The notes below the pieces were generated by a model. That model saw only the letters and a program-made list of their open reading frames with translations, did not search any database and was not told where the DNA came from. Positions 18,736 through 27,446 of a stretch of DNA of 62,037 bases are shown piece by piece (the stretch's first letter is position 1; every line of letters starts with the position of its first letter). Source of the stretch: a virus (lineage: Duplodnaviria > Caudoviricetes); IMG/VR virus record IMGVR_UViG_3300021475_000012, positions 1 to 62,037 of that record. One strand, written 5' to 3'. The position numbers and the translations under genes were made by a program.

Positions 18736-19014
18736 ATGACTACCCATACACCGGAAAGTAAGTGCCTGAACTGCGGGTACGTGATGGATGCCGCGACGGG
18801 GTTCGGGCCGGATGACAAGCCCAGCGAGGGGGACATCGCCATCTGCTTCCGCTGCGGGGCCGTGATGGCCTTCGGCAAGGACTTGAAACTGCGCGGCCTG
18901 AGTGACCAGGAGATCGCCAGGATCGAAGCGGACTCCTTGCTCGTCCGCGAGTTATCCCTCCAGATCCAGGGAAGGCGCTTACTCCTCTACACAAGGCGGC
19001 AGAAAGCCAACTAA
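18736..19014 (+). CDS. Zn-ribbon protein (CLNCG...CFRCG)
   Basis: ORF track. Confidence 0.7.
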   Translation: MTTHTPESKCLNCGYVMDAATGFGPDDKPSEGDIAICFRCGAVMAFGKDLKLRGLSDQEIARIEADSLLVRELSLQIQGRRLLLYTRRQKAN

Positions 19015-19252
19015 GTTAGACTTACCCCAACTTAGATTGTAACCACTTACTTTTTTCTTTTTTGGGGTGTATACGGAATCAGCCCCGCGCCTCGCGGGGG
19101 TAGGGCACCCCCCCTGGACAATTCCGCTAAGTCCTTTAGAATCCACCGATGATAATGCACATTATCATCTCGCGCTTGGTAACCATCCGGGAGTAACCTG
19201 GGACTCAAAGCAAATGGGTTAGACTCTAACTCCGATTGCAGCGGTGATGGAT

Positions 19253-19286
19253 GCGGATGTGGAGGCGGATGTGGAGGCGGATGTGG
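19253..19286. repeat. 12-bp tandem repeat GCGGATGTGGAG x about 3
   Basis: Read directly, in the 540-bp intergenic region. Confidence 0.8.
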
Positions 19287-19553
19287 TTTGTTATCAGCAC
19301 TATGGGAGTGGTCATAAGAAAAGCTTATGGGCCATAAGGGGAGCTTATTGCATGGGTTCGGGGCTATCTCTTTCCCTTTGTTTCCAACCACTTAACATTC
19401 TCACTCCCCAGTCAACGTTAACTGGAATATTCCTCACTACTATATGTAACGTTTTCCCCGATGTAACGTCTTATCTATTCCGCCGTTACTTGACGCGGAA
19501 ATAGCAAGGTGACTTACTCACCTTGACTCCATGACCTAAGGACACTTACCGCA

Positions 19554-20330
19554 ATGAAACGCATTGCCTCAGCTGCTAAGACTCGTCTACCGAAACTCTC
19601 CCAGGGCTATATTCTGTATGAGAACGATTCCATCGTAGTCATCGCCACGGGTATCACCCGCAAATCCACCAACAAAAAGACGGGCGCAATGATCCAGATC
19701 TACATCCTGGTACGGCATACGCACCCCGTCGAAGCCGTTAAGTTAGGGCTGGATCGCGCTATCTGCATTGACTGTATCCACATGGGTACCGAAGGGTTTA
19801 AAGAGCGCAGTTGCTATGTGGACATGAAAGGGCCCATAGCCGTATGGGAAGCGTACCAGCGCGGATCGTACCCCCACATCACAGAGGAACTGTACGCCCG
19901 CGTGTTCACTAACAGGGCCGTCCGTTTCGGCACCTACGGGGAGCCATGCTTGATTCCCCTGGGTATCATTCGCCGCATTGTGCGCGTCTGCAATCGCCAT
20001 AGCGGCTATACGCACCAGTGGGCTAACGGAATTGACGGCGAGTACCTGCAGTACCTCATGGCATCCTGTGACCGTCCCGGTGACGCGGACAAGGCGCATG
20101 CCCTGGGATTCCGTACGTTCCGCGTGGAACCTACTCACGGTGTATCGCCTCTCCCAGGTGAGATCATTTGCCCGTCAGAGTCGCGTGGGCATAACTGCGT
20201 CGACTGTAAGCTCTGTAACGGCGCTGTATCAGGCGCGAAGTCGGTCATGATCACGGTACATGGCGCGGGCGCAAGGCATCTCCAAACCAAGCTAGATCGC
20301 CTCATTCAAATCGAGGGATTCGCCGCCTAA
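19554..20330 (+). CDS. Cys-rich phage protein, possibly Fe-S binding (Gp88/radical-SAM-like)
   Basis: NKKTG, CIDC...CY, VRFGTYGEP, GYTHQW, MASCD, CP...CVDCKLC, HG. Confidence 0.65.
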   Translation: MKRIASAAKTRLPKLSQGYILYENDSIVVIATGITRKSTNKKTGAMIQIYILVRHTHPVEAVKLGLDRAICIDCIHMGTEGFKERSCYVDMKGPIAVWEAYQRGSYPHITEELYARVFTNRAVRFGTYGEPCLIPLGIIRRIVRVCNRHSGYTHQWANGIDGEYLQYLMASCDRPGDADKAHALGFRTFRVEPTHGVSPLPGEIICPSESRGHNCVDCKLCNGAVSGAKSVMITVHGAGARHLQTKLDRLIQIEGFAA

Positions 20331-20334
20331 CTCC

Positions 20335-20357
20335 TGGGGGAGTAACTTACTCCCCCA
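20335..20357. promoter_or_regulatory. Perfect 11-bp inverted repeat TGGGGGAGTAA-C-TTACTCCCCCA
   Basis: Directly after the stop of 19554..20330. Confidence 0.6.
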
Positions 20358-20393
20358 TAACTTACCTAACTTATCGACTAAGGACACATACCA

Positions 20394-20570
20394 ATGAAAC
20401 TGACAAGAGAAGAAACCAAGAAACGCGCCGCCCTGATTGCTTCCGTTATTCCAGGGTCAACAGTAGTAGCGAACGCCTGGAATATCACGGTTGTTACCCG
20501 TGGCGGCAAACACGTTGCCATATGGGTTGGGCGTAAAGATGGATTCACCAAAGTGGAGTGGGCACGCTAA
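20394..20570 (+). CDS. 58-aa hypothetical protein
   Basis: Read by hand (MKLTREETKK...); leader motif upstream. Confidence 0.65.
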   Translation: MKLTREETKKRAALIASVIPGSTVVANAWNITVVTRGGKHVAIWVGRKDGFTKVEWAR

Positions 20571-20782
20571 TGAAAAAGCAATACCGCATTCAACGTAGCG
20601 ACTATCTGGGTATCGTTACCCGCGCCTTTGGGGGCAGATGTGCTTCCTGGTCCCCGTGGCGCACTGTGATAGCCCGCGATCATGAGGAAGACGCTACGGC
20701 GCTGTATGACGCATGGTCCCGTAAGGGACTCACCCGCTGGCGGCTGATGTATGGCAAGGAAGTTATCCGCAAGAGTGAATAA
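20570..20782 (+). CDS. Hypothetical protein
   Basis: TAATG coupling. Confidence 0.6.
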   Translation: MKKQYRIQRSDYLGIVTRAFGGRCASWSPWRTVIARDHEEDATALYDAWSRKGLTRWRLMYGKEVIRKSE

Positions 20783-20919
20783 TCGACAAAGGACACCCAC
20801 AATGCACACATTGGATCTCACCCAATACGACGTCACGGTGTGACTAATAGCCCACTAGGAGCCCACCTATACGGAGGGCTCCCGTGGGGGCTGTTAGCCC
20901 TCATATCGAAAGGACACTT

Positions 20920-21144
20920 ATGACATACGTAATCAGACTGATCAACGACAACTCGATGCAAACGCTGTACAGCGGCAATTCCGCTAAAGCCGCCCAGAAG
21001 GCCGTGGATATGGCACGCGGCATCCTGATCATCTCCGGCGGCACTGCTGGCATCTATGGGCACGTTTGGGGCAAGACCGCCCTGTTGTGGGAAGTGAACG
21101 ACGGCCAAGCCACATGCCCCGAAGGGACCAGCCCGCTGGCATGA
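20920..21144 (+). CDS. Hypothetical protein
   Basis: Leader motif; MTYVIRL... Confidence 0.7.
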   Translation: MTYVIRLINDNSMQTLYSGNSAKAAQKAVDMARGILIISGGTAGIYGHVWGKTALLWEVNDGQATCPEGTSPLA

Positions 21145-21243
21145 TAGAACTGATTGAAGTCCTGGGCTTTGTCGCGCTAATGATCGTAATCTATATCGGA
21201 AAGAGAAAAGGATTGTGGAAGTAAGTAATCGAAAGGACATCTT

Positions 21244-21504
21244 ATGGCATACGTAAAGCAAACCAACGGCACGATTCGCGAAGTACTCAACCTGGGCTGG
21301 ATCTTGCGCCACTGGCAACATGTGGAACGCCTGGAATGGATCTCCGGCCCTGGGGGCTGGAATAACACCTTCCGCGCTTACCTGAAGGATGGACGCGAGT
21401 ACGTCACCGACTACGCTTGCTTCGAAGTCTGGAAGGGCTTTATCAATCGCCCCGTGTTTCGCGGGCTACCAGCCACGGTCGACGGCATCACCGGACGCAT
21501 CTAA
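21244..21504 (+). CDS. Hypothetical protein
   Basis: Leader motif. Confidence 0.75.
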   Translation: MAYVKQTNGTIREVLNLGWILRHWQHVERLEWISGPGGWNNTFRAYLKDGREYVTDYACFEVWKGFINRPVFRGLPATVDGITGRI

Positions 21505-21530
21505 CATCAATCGAAAAGGACACTAATACC

Positions 21531-21962
21531 ATGCAAACGACGATCAATAAGAACCTCCTGCAGTACGCGGTCCAGACCGCTATCGCTTGCCCCCGTTGCG
21601 CGAAAGTGCTCGACATGCGCCAAGCGGTTACCACTACCCTGACCGTGCCGGATAACGGCACGCGCCAATTCACCATGTGCTGCGCCTGTTGGGACAAGGT
21701 GCGCCTGGAACTCCATGACCTTGCCATCGGCATCAAGGGCAACCTTGACGTCTTAGATGGCCGCGACTTATTCCCTCCCACCTTGGCCGAAGCTAAGCGC
21801 ATCGTGAAGGCCATGGGGATGACCCTCCGCTATGATCGCGAGTACCAGGAGTACAGCGTCAACTATCCCGGCGGCAAAGAGGCTACCCGCTGCTACACCA
21901 ATGACATCCTCGATGCCATCGGGACCGCTAAGGCCATGGCCAAGGCAAAGGGAGGCAAGTAA
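21531..21962 (+). CDS. Zn-finger hypothetical protein (CPRC...CACW)
   Basis: Leader motif. Confidence 0.7.
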   Translation: MQTTINKNLLQYAVQTAIACPRCAKVLDMRQAVTTTLTVPDNGTRQFTMCCACWDKVRLELHDLAIGIKGNLDVLDGRDLFPPTLAEAKRIVKAMGMTLRYDREYQEYSVNYPGGKEATRCYTNDILDAIGTAKAMAKAKGGK

Positions 21963-21963
21963 G

Positions 21964-22668
21964 ATGCAGCTTCTCCGCAATAAGACGAGCAACCGCTACT
22001 GCGGGCCGAATGCCCTGGCCCTGCTCACCGGCCAGCATGTGGACGATGTGACCCGCATGCTGCGCATGGTATCCGGCAGGCCCGCGATCAAGGGCACGCA
22101 TAACCGGCATATGTTAGCCGTCCTGGAGCGCCTGGGCTTTAGCGCATTGCCGGTCCCCCTGGGGGCCGGTGCCGATACCCGGAAGGGCAAGCGCACCTCC
22201 TGCCCTACCCTGGCGAAGGCCCTGCGCACCGTTCTCAAGGACCGCCAAGCCTCTCAACGGTTCCTGGTAGTGGTTGGGCACCACTACGTGTGCATCCAGG
22301 GCCGGAAGGTCTGGGATTACCGCGACTACCCGGAAGGGGAGTTCCTGGGCTCCTGTAAGCTGCGGCGGTGCCGCGTCACCGGCATCTGGGCAGTGAGCCT
22401 GAAGGGGGACCAGCCGGTCCCCCCACCGGCCAAGCCCGCCTCTACCGCGATGCAACGCGCCCGCTTCATTCCGGCCATTGAGAAGCTGGGCCTGGAAGTG
22501 GACGCCGATGTGGTTGATGCCCCCAGGGGCTTTGTGTTCAGCGGCACGGGCAACCATTGCCGCGCCATCACCGGCACTTATGCCGAAGCCCTGGAAGATA
22601 TCCAGAGCATTCTGCCCCTGGTGCCTTGCACAGATCCCGATTGCGACATGTGCCAGGAGGAGAACTAA
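21964..22668 (+). CDS. Putative papain-fold (C39-like) cysteine peptidase
   Basis: YCGPNALA helix-start Cys and GHHYV...WD. Confidence 0.5.
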   Translation: MQLLRNKTSNRYCGPNALALLTGQHVDDVTRMLRMVSGRPAIKGTHNRHMLAVLERLGFSALPVPLGAGADTRKGKRTSCPTLAKALRTVLKDRQASQRFLVVVGHHYVCIQGRKVWDYRDYPEGEFLGSCKLRRCRVTGIWAVSLKGDQPVPPPAKPASTAMQRARFIPAIEKLGLEVDADVVDAPRGFVFSGTGNHCRAITGTYAEALEDIQSILPLVPCTDPDCDMCQEEN

Positions 22669-22669
22669 C

Positions 22670-23092
22670 ATGACGGTATATCACTGCACCTGGACACGGC
22701 TGGTTGACCGCATTTATAAGCAAGGCCTGCGCACTATGCAGGCTTCCAACTGGAAGATAGCCTCTAATGGCACCCGCTACGGGAGTGGGGCTATCTTCGC
22801 CTTCGCCAGTAAGTGGGACGCCATCCGTTGGGCGGCTAAGATGGACTGGCAGTTCTATGGGCGGCACGCCACGGGAGAGGTCACCATTCTCACCCTGGAA
22901 CATGAGGGCCCCTGGATTACCGATGACGCGGACCCGCTTACCCAGGCGCAATGCGAGGGCCCCTGGCTCAAGACATATCATCATATTCCCGGAGCCGCGA
23001 TCACCGATGCGGATCTGTTGACGCAGGATATGGTCAAAGCCCTGGTCAAGCGCGTCAATCAGCCCCAGTTAGCTAGAATCGAAGGCAAGTAA
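22670..23092 (+). CDS. Putative ADP-ribosyltransferase-fold protein
   Basis: VYHCT....I...GL and GAIFAF motifs. Confidence 0.45.
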   Translation: MTVYHCTWTRLVDRIYKQGLRTMQASNWKIASNGTRYGSGAIFAFASKWDAIRWAAKMDWQFYGRHATGEVTILTLEHEGPWITDDADPLTQAQCEGPWLKTYHHIPGAAITDADLLTQDMVKALVKRVNQPQLARIEGK

Positions 23093-23114
23093 TCTCAATC
23101 GAAAAGGACACCTT

Positions 23115-23474
23115 ATGACAACGAACATTAAAGAGCAGGTATTTCCCAAGAGCAGTCTCTTCTCCCCCGGCAACGGGCGCGACTATCTCAAGACCCCCGA
23201 AGGCGAGATCTTCTCCATCAATGGCCTGTACTGCGACAAGGACGGCAACCAGGACCGTTGGGGAAGCTATACCAAAGTCATCGACATCCGCTGGACGGTA
23301 GTCATCTGGCAGGACTGCTATGTGGGCCTGAATCCCGATTACAGCTATAAGACAGAGCGCCGTCTGGTATTCACAGGCGATAACCGGGATGAGGAGATCC
23401 TGGCACGCTACGGCTACCGGATGGAACGTGACGCGGAAGGCTACAAGAACGTATTCCCCCTGGAGGTCAAGTAA
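23115..23474 (+). CDS. Hypothetical protein
   Basis: Leader motif. Confidence 0.75.
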   Translation: MTTNIKEQVFPKSSLFSPGNGRDYLKTPEGEIFSINGLYCDKDGNQDRWGSYTKVIDIRWTVVIWQDCYVGLNPDYSYKTERRLVFTGDNRDEEILARYGYRMERDAEGYKNVFPLEVK

Positions 23475-23477
23475 GTT

Positions 23478-23753
23478 ATGCCGCGCTTTGTGGTGGGGAC
23501 CGGCCAGCGTTGCCCTATGACAGAGCACTTGAAGATCGCCCTGGTAGCCAAGCGCGTGAACTGGCTGGTCTACCTGGGTTACCAGGGCATCCTCATCACC
23601 GATAAGGAAAGCGGTTGGAAGTGCATTGCCAATGGCAAGGTAACCGCAGAGCAGCTAACTAAGGCTCTGCATGCGGATGAGGTAAGCATCGCCCATCTGC
23701 TGAAGCGTAGAGAGTACCAGAAGAAACAATATCGAAAGGACAAAGAACGATGA
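23478..23753 (+). CDS. Hypothetical protein
   Basis: ORF track. Confidence 0.55.
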   Translation: MPRFVVGTGQRCPMTEHLKIALVAKRVNWLVYLGYQGILITDKESGWKCIANGKVTAEQLTKALHADEVSIAHLLKRREYQKKQYRKDKER

Positions 23754-24004
23754 TATTCCCCACAATCCACCTGAACGGCACTAATCCCCAGGACCTCCTG
23801 GAAGACCAGCTGCACATGATCGATAAGTTACGGGACGCCATCCGCGCCATGGAGCACAACGGCCCCAATGGCCGGGACTACTATCCCCAGGGCTCCCAGG
23901 CGTTCCAGCATGCCGTGGAGGAGCACGAGCAGCGGCTCCTGGTATTGCGCAACGTCCTGGCTGAGCTAGAGACGATTGCGGAACATGTGGCGAAGCACGT
24001 TTAA
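23750..24004 (+). CDS. Hypothetical phage protein (PTIHLNGT...PNGRDYYPQG)
   Basis: Leader motif. Confidence 0.75.
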   Translation: MIFPTIHLNGTNPQDLLEDQLHMIDKLRDAIRAMEHNGPNGRDYYPQGSQAFQHAVEEHEQRLLVLRNVLAELETIAEHVAKHV

Positions 24005-24026
24005 TCGAAAGGACACCATAAGCAAC

Positions 24027-24164
24027 ATGACGCGCAAACAACTGATCGAGGAAGTCCAGAAGCTGCGGAGGAAGGGTGACCCTCTGGTCCCCTTCGATAA
24101 AGCGGAGCTAGAACAACGCCTGAAGGAATACCAGGAGAGGGAGAAAGCTAAGCCACGGGCCTAA
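24027..24164 (+). CDS. 45-aa hypothetical protein
   Basis: Leader motif. Confidence 0.6.
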   Translation: MTRKQLIEEVQKLRRKGDPLVPFDKAELEQRLKEYQEREKAKPRA

Positions 24165-24235
24165 GGGCACCCTGGATCGGGCTCCCATGCCGGAGCCCCT
24201 TCCAGGCTATCCTTAGCCTATATCGAAAGGACACT

Positions 24236-24499
24236 ATGACATACAACGTAACGATCACTGATAGCGGTGCCCGCGTGTCGAGCACCATCGAAGCCGCCGA
24301 TATCGAAGCCGCTTGCGAGTTGATGGAGAAGTCCATGAAGGAAGCGGAGCAAGTCACCGCCGGGAATCCTGGTTGTGAGCCGCGCACCGAATGGATTTGC
24401 TTTGTCCTCGCTGGTTACTACGCTGAGTGCAGTCTGCGCTCCGAAGGCGAACAGGACGCCGCTTGCTGGACTAAGGTCACCATCGAGGAGGTCCGGTAA
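24236..24499 (+). CDS. Hypothetical protein
   Basis: Leader motif. Confidence 0.7.
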   Translation: MTYNVTITDSGARVSSTIEAADIEAACELMEKSMKEAEQVTAGNPGCEPRTEWICFVLAGYYAECSLRSEGEQDAACWTKVTIEEVR

Positions 24500-25011
24500 T
24501 GGGCACTGACGTCACCATGCGTTGCCGCCATTGCGGCTCGACTCGCAAGGAACATACCAAGCACAAGCCTTACCTCTGCCCCACGCGCCTCAGGGACACC
24601 TCCTGGGAGCCGTGGAGCGCCGAAGGATACGAAGCCGCTGTAGAGGCTGGCAAGACCGCTGTGAACCCTGCTAAAGCCGCCCCGGAAATGGAGGATGGTA
24701 TCGTTCTGGAGCCTGATTACCACTTCCTGTTCCGGCGCTTCCTGGAGGACGCCAAGAACGCCGGGGCCAGCCTCGATCTGGACCTCGCCGCCGCCCATTC
24801 CGATGGACGTCAGAGCGTCGATGAACACCTGGGCAACCATGCCAAGGTGCTGCGCGTGGTACAGGGCCTGATCGCGCCCTTGACTATCTGCCTGCAATCA
24901 GCCACTAGCGCAAGCGAGGTCCAGCAGCTGCGCGAAGTGATGGCGAAGACCCTGGAGAAACTGGATCAGGACGCGACTAAGACTGAAGCCCGCTTCTGGA
25001 GGGATATCTAA
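24499..25011 (+). CDS. Hypothetical protein with N-terminal CRHC..H..C
   Basis: ORF track, TAATG coupling. Confidence 0.7.
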   Translation: MGTDVTMRCRHCGSTRKEHTKHKPYLCPTRLRDTSWEPWSAEGYEAAVEAGKTAVNPAKAAPEMEDGIVLEPDYHFLFRRFLEDAKNAGASLDLDLAAAHSDGRQSVDEHLGNHAKVLRVVQGLIAPLTICLQSATSASEVQQLREVMAKTLEKLDQDATKTEARFWRDI

Positions 25012-25271
25012 TGGCCGGTTCGAAGGTACAAACTCGCGCTATTACGCTTACCCCAGGTTCCCCGGATGAACCTATCCGGCAGGTCCTGGCCATCCGCTCA
25101 AAAATCGGATATGCATGTACCATCCTGGAGGACAACTGCCCCACGTATGCCTTTAAAACTGGCCGTATGGGGCTGTTGAGCCTTGTGCGCTACCTGATCG
25201 AGGTGCTTAAACCAACTGCCGATGAGCGTGCATTCATCGAAAAGGGCTATATGCAGAAGGAGGGTCAGTAG
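25011..25271 (+). CDS. Hypothetical protein
   Basis: ORF track. Confidence 0.65.
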   Translation: MAGSKVQTRAITLTPGSPDEPIRQVLAIRSKIGYACTILEDNCPTYAFKTGRMGLLSLVRYLIEVLKPTADERAFIEKGYMQKEGQ

Positions 25272-25272
25272 G

Positions 25273-25479
25273 ATGGCCGGTTCGAAGACGCGCAGTATCC
25301 GCATTGTCGCCGCTGTAGCGTGTCCTGAGTGTGGTGCCCTGGCGGGGGAGCCCTGCAAGAACCGGGAGCCCCATCGCGCCAACCTGGGGCCGGAAGACCG
25401 CCGGGGGGTGCCTATCCGGCCCCACAACCTGCGGCGGATGGCCTGGATCGAATGGAAGCAGCAGAACGGAATCATCTAA
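25273..25479 (+). CDS. Zn-finger protein (CPECGAxxGEPC...PH)
   Basis: Start adjusted to MAGSKTR. Confidence 0.65.
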   Translation: MAGSKTRSIRIVAAVACPECGALAGEPCKNREPHRANLGPEDRRGVPIRPHNLRRMAWIEWKQQNGII

Positions 25480-25502
25480 CTAGAATAGAGAGAAGAGGAC
25501 TT

Positions 25503-26555
25503 ATGACTAAACAAACCAGCACTACCCAGAACCAGCTGGTCCCCATGCCGGGACTGCCCAAGAGCGTAAGCGCAGCCGATGCCCTGGTGGAGATGGCCTT
25601 AGCTACTTGCACCAGCGACAACACCCGCCGCGTTTACCGGCTGCGGCTCCGCTACTATCTCGCTTCCCAATTACCCTTCAACCGGGAAGGGGTCGCTGCG
25701 CACTTGGCGCAGCTGCGCCAGGAGGGAAAGGGCGAGTGCGTCACCATGCTGGCCATGGCGGCGATCAAGAAACTCGCCAAGGAAGCTGAGATCCGCCACC
25801 TGATCTCCTATGACGAGTACCGCCAGATCACCGACTTATCCGGCGGCAAGGTGCAACGCCAGAAGACGGGCATGTGGCTCACCGTTAGCGAAGTCGAAGA
25901 CCTCCTGGCCCTGCCTGACCGCACGACTTACTACGGCAAGCGCGATGCCGCCATCCTCTGCGCCCTGGTGGGCACCGGCCTGCGCCGGGATGAGCTACTT
26001 CACCTGAACTGGGACCAGTACCAGTCCCGCGAGGGCCGGATGTGCCTTGTGAACGTGAAGGGCAAGGGAGGGAAGCTGCGCACTGTGCCCGTGCCCCTCT
26101 GGGCCCAGCCGGATATCGACGTCTGGCAAGTCACCATCCAGACCCAGGAGCCGCCCCCGGCTCCCGGCGCTCTGGAAGCCGCCAATCTCATCAGGCGGGA
26201 GCGGCACCCCTTGAACTCCAAACGCTTCTGCGGGCGCTTGGGCTCGACGCGCCTCGCGGAGATCGTCATCGGCTACGGCCAGCGGATCGGCATCGACCTC
26301 CGGCCCCATGACCTCAGGCGCACCCTGGCGAAGATGATGCACCGTGCCGGTGCCGGGATCGAGCAGATTCAGTTCACCCTGGGGCACCAGCACATGCAAA
26401 CCACCACCATCTACCTGGGCTCCCTGCTCGAAATCGCCCCCGGCCAAGCAGGCGTGGACAAGGTCCAGATCGCCATCAACCGCAAGCTGCGCACCAAGGT
26501 AGTCGAGATGGACCGGCTGGACTCCCACCTCGCCGCCGCCGGGGGGAAGGCATGA
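25503..26555 (+). CDS. Second tyrosine recombinase (XerC/D-like)
   Basis: RDAAIL..LVGTGLRRDE, KGKGGKLR, HDLRRT, LGH...TTTIY; start at 25503 after GAGGA. Confidence 0.92.
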   Translation: MTKQTSTTQNQLVPMPGLPKSVSAADALVEMALATCTSDNTRRVYRLRLRYYLASQLPFNREGVAAHLAQLRQEGKGECVTMLAMAAIKKLAKEAEIRHLISYDEYRQITDLSGGKVQRQKTGMWLTVSEVEDLLALPDRTTYYGKRDAAILCALVGTGLRRDELLHLNWDQYQSREGRMCLVNVKGKGGKLRTVPVPLWAQPDIDVWQVTIQTQEPPPAPGALEAANLIRRERHPLNSKRFCGRLGSTRLAEIVIGYGQRIGIDLRPHDLRRTLAKMMHRAGAGIEQIQFTLGHQHMQTTTIYLGSLLEIAPGQAGVDKVQIAINRKLRTKVVEMDRLDSHLAAAGGKA

Positions 26556-26875
26556 CCTACTGGGATGCCCCCGGATTGAGCCAGGAAGCCCCAGGAGCTT
26601 CTCCCAGGGCCCCATTGGCCGGTAAGACACCCCCCAGGCGTTGCCAGGGCTGGAACGTCTTCAGCCGCGACTCCCTGCGCCCCCGCATGGCCTGCCGGTG
26701 CTGGGCCCGTCCCGGCTCCCCCTTTTGCCGCTACCACCAGCCCCCCGCGAGTGCGCAAGAGCCCCTCCGGGAGAGCGAGTACCCGCAAAGTGAGGCGGCT
26801 CCGCAGGAGCCGCCGGTACGCGGGGACGAGCGGGTGAGGGGGAGAGAAGCGGAAGGAGAACAGGGATGCCGGTGA
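26552..26875 (+). CDS. Hypothetical protein with C-C-C-H motif
   Basis: ATGA overlap; RCQG...CRC...FCRYH. Confidence 0.55.
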   Translation: MTYWDAPGLSQEAPGASPRAPLAGKTPPRRCQGWNVFSRDSLRPRMACRCWARPGSPFCRYHQPPASAQEPLRESEYPQSEAAPQEPPVRGDERVRGREAEGEQGCR

Positions 26876-27039
26876 AACAGCTGAAGTGGTGGGAAGGGGA
26901 GTTCCTCAGAGCCTGCGGTCTAGCCTGCTTGTATGGAGTGGAACTGAGTGTAGACCAGTTCTGTGCCAGCAGGGGCCTGGAGCCGGAAGATAGGGATCTC
27001 CTCTTGCCCTACCTGCGGAAACACTGTATAGCTGAGTAA
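26866..27039 (+). CDS. 57-aa hypothetical protein
   Basis: Read by hand (MPVKQLKWWEGEF...); AAGGAG SD. Confidence 0.55.
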   Translation: MPVKQLKWWEGEFLRACGLACLYGVELSVDQFCASRGLEPEDRDLLLPYLRKHCIAE

Positions 27040-27054
27040 CCTCGCAAACCCTAT

Positions 27055-27094
27055 GGGGGCAGAGCCAGTGATGCGGCTCCTGCCCCCTTTTTTT
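27055..27094 (+). terminator. Intrinsic terminator ending the rightward array
   Basis: GGGGGCAGAGCC-loop-GGCTCCTGCCCCC followed by T7. Confidence 0.85.
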
Positions 27095-27256
27095 GTATCT
27101 ACCAACACAACTCTGGAAACCCGCTTTTCCCTTCATTTCTCTCTAGTGAAAACCTATACATATCATGGGGGTAGTCAGCTACCCTACTTTGCGGGTATCC
27201 GGCCACATAGCCCTATTTCCCGCTATCGCCGGAGCCCCAATAACAACGGGGTCCGC

Positions 27257-27322
27257 GAGGACATAAGTAGGCCGTGAGCGGCGGCTCGAAAGAGCCGCCC
27301 GAAAGGACTACCTTATGTCTTC
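27257..27322 (+). ncRNA. Candidate structured RNA with GNRA loops
   Basis: GAGGACATAAGTAG pairs with CTACCTTATGTCTTC, enclosing GGCGGCTC-GAAA-GAGCCGCC. Confidence 0.35.
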
Positions 27323-27446
27323 TTTCTTTATTTAGCCTCTCTTTTTAACAGGAAATTTCGGTCTTTATTCTGGTTTCTTACAATGGTATATGGCTGGCGC
27401 TATTAATGTACTAGCGGAATGCACTTGTTATTAATGGTTCCCTCTA

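Larger units (their letters stand above)
19537..24234 (+). repeat. Dispersed start-associated motif ATCGA(A/C)..AAGGACAC, 10 copies
   Basis: Copies at 19537 (partial), 20373, 20782, 20905, 21228, 21510, 23098, 23731, 24004, 24222, each 1-10 nt before an ATG. Confidence 0.9.

Noticed and set aside
19537-24234. Leader motif copies as a CRISPR array
   Set aside because: Repeats are only about 13 bp and are separated by whole genes of variable length; no cas operon seen
27271-27305. Hammerhead ribozyme (GTGAG-stem-CGAAA)
   Set aside because: The CUGANGA core is absent (CCGUGA instead)
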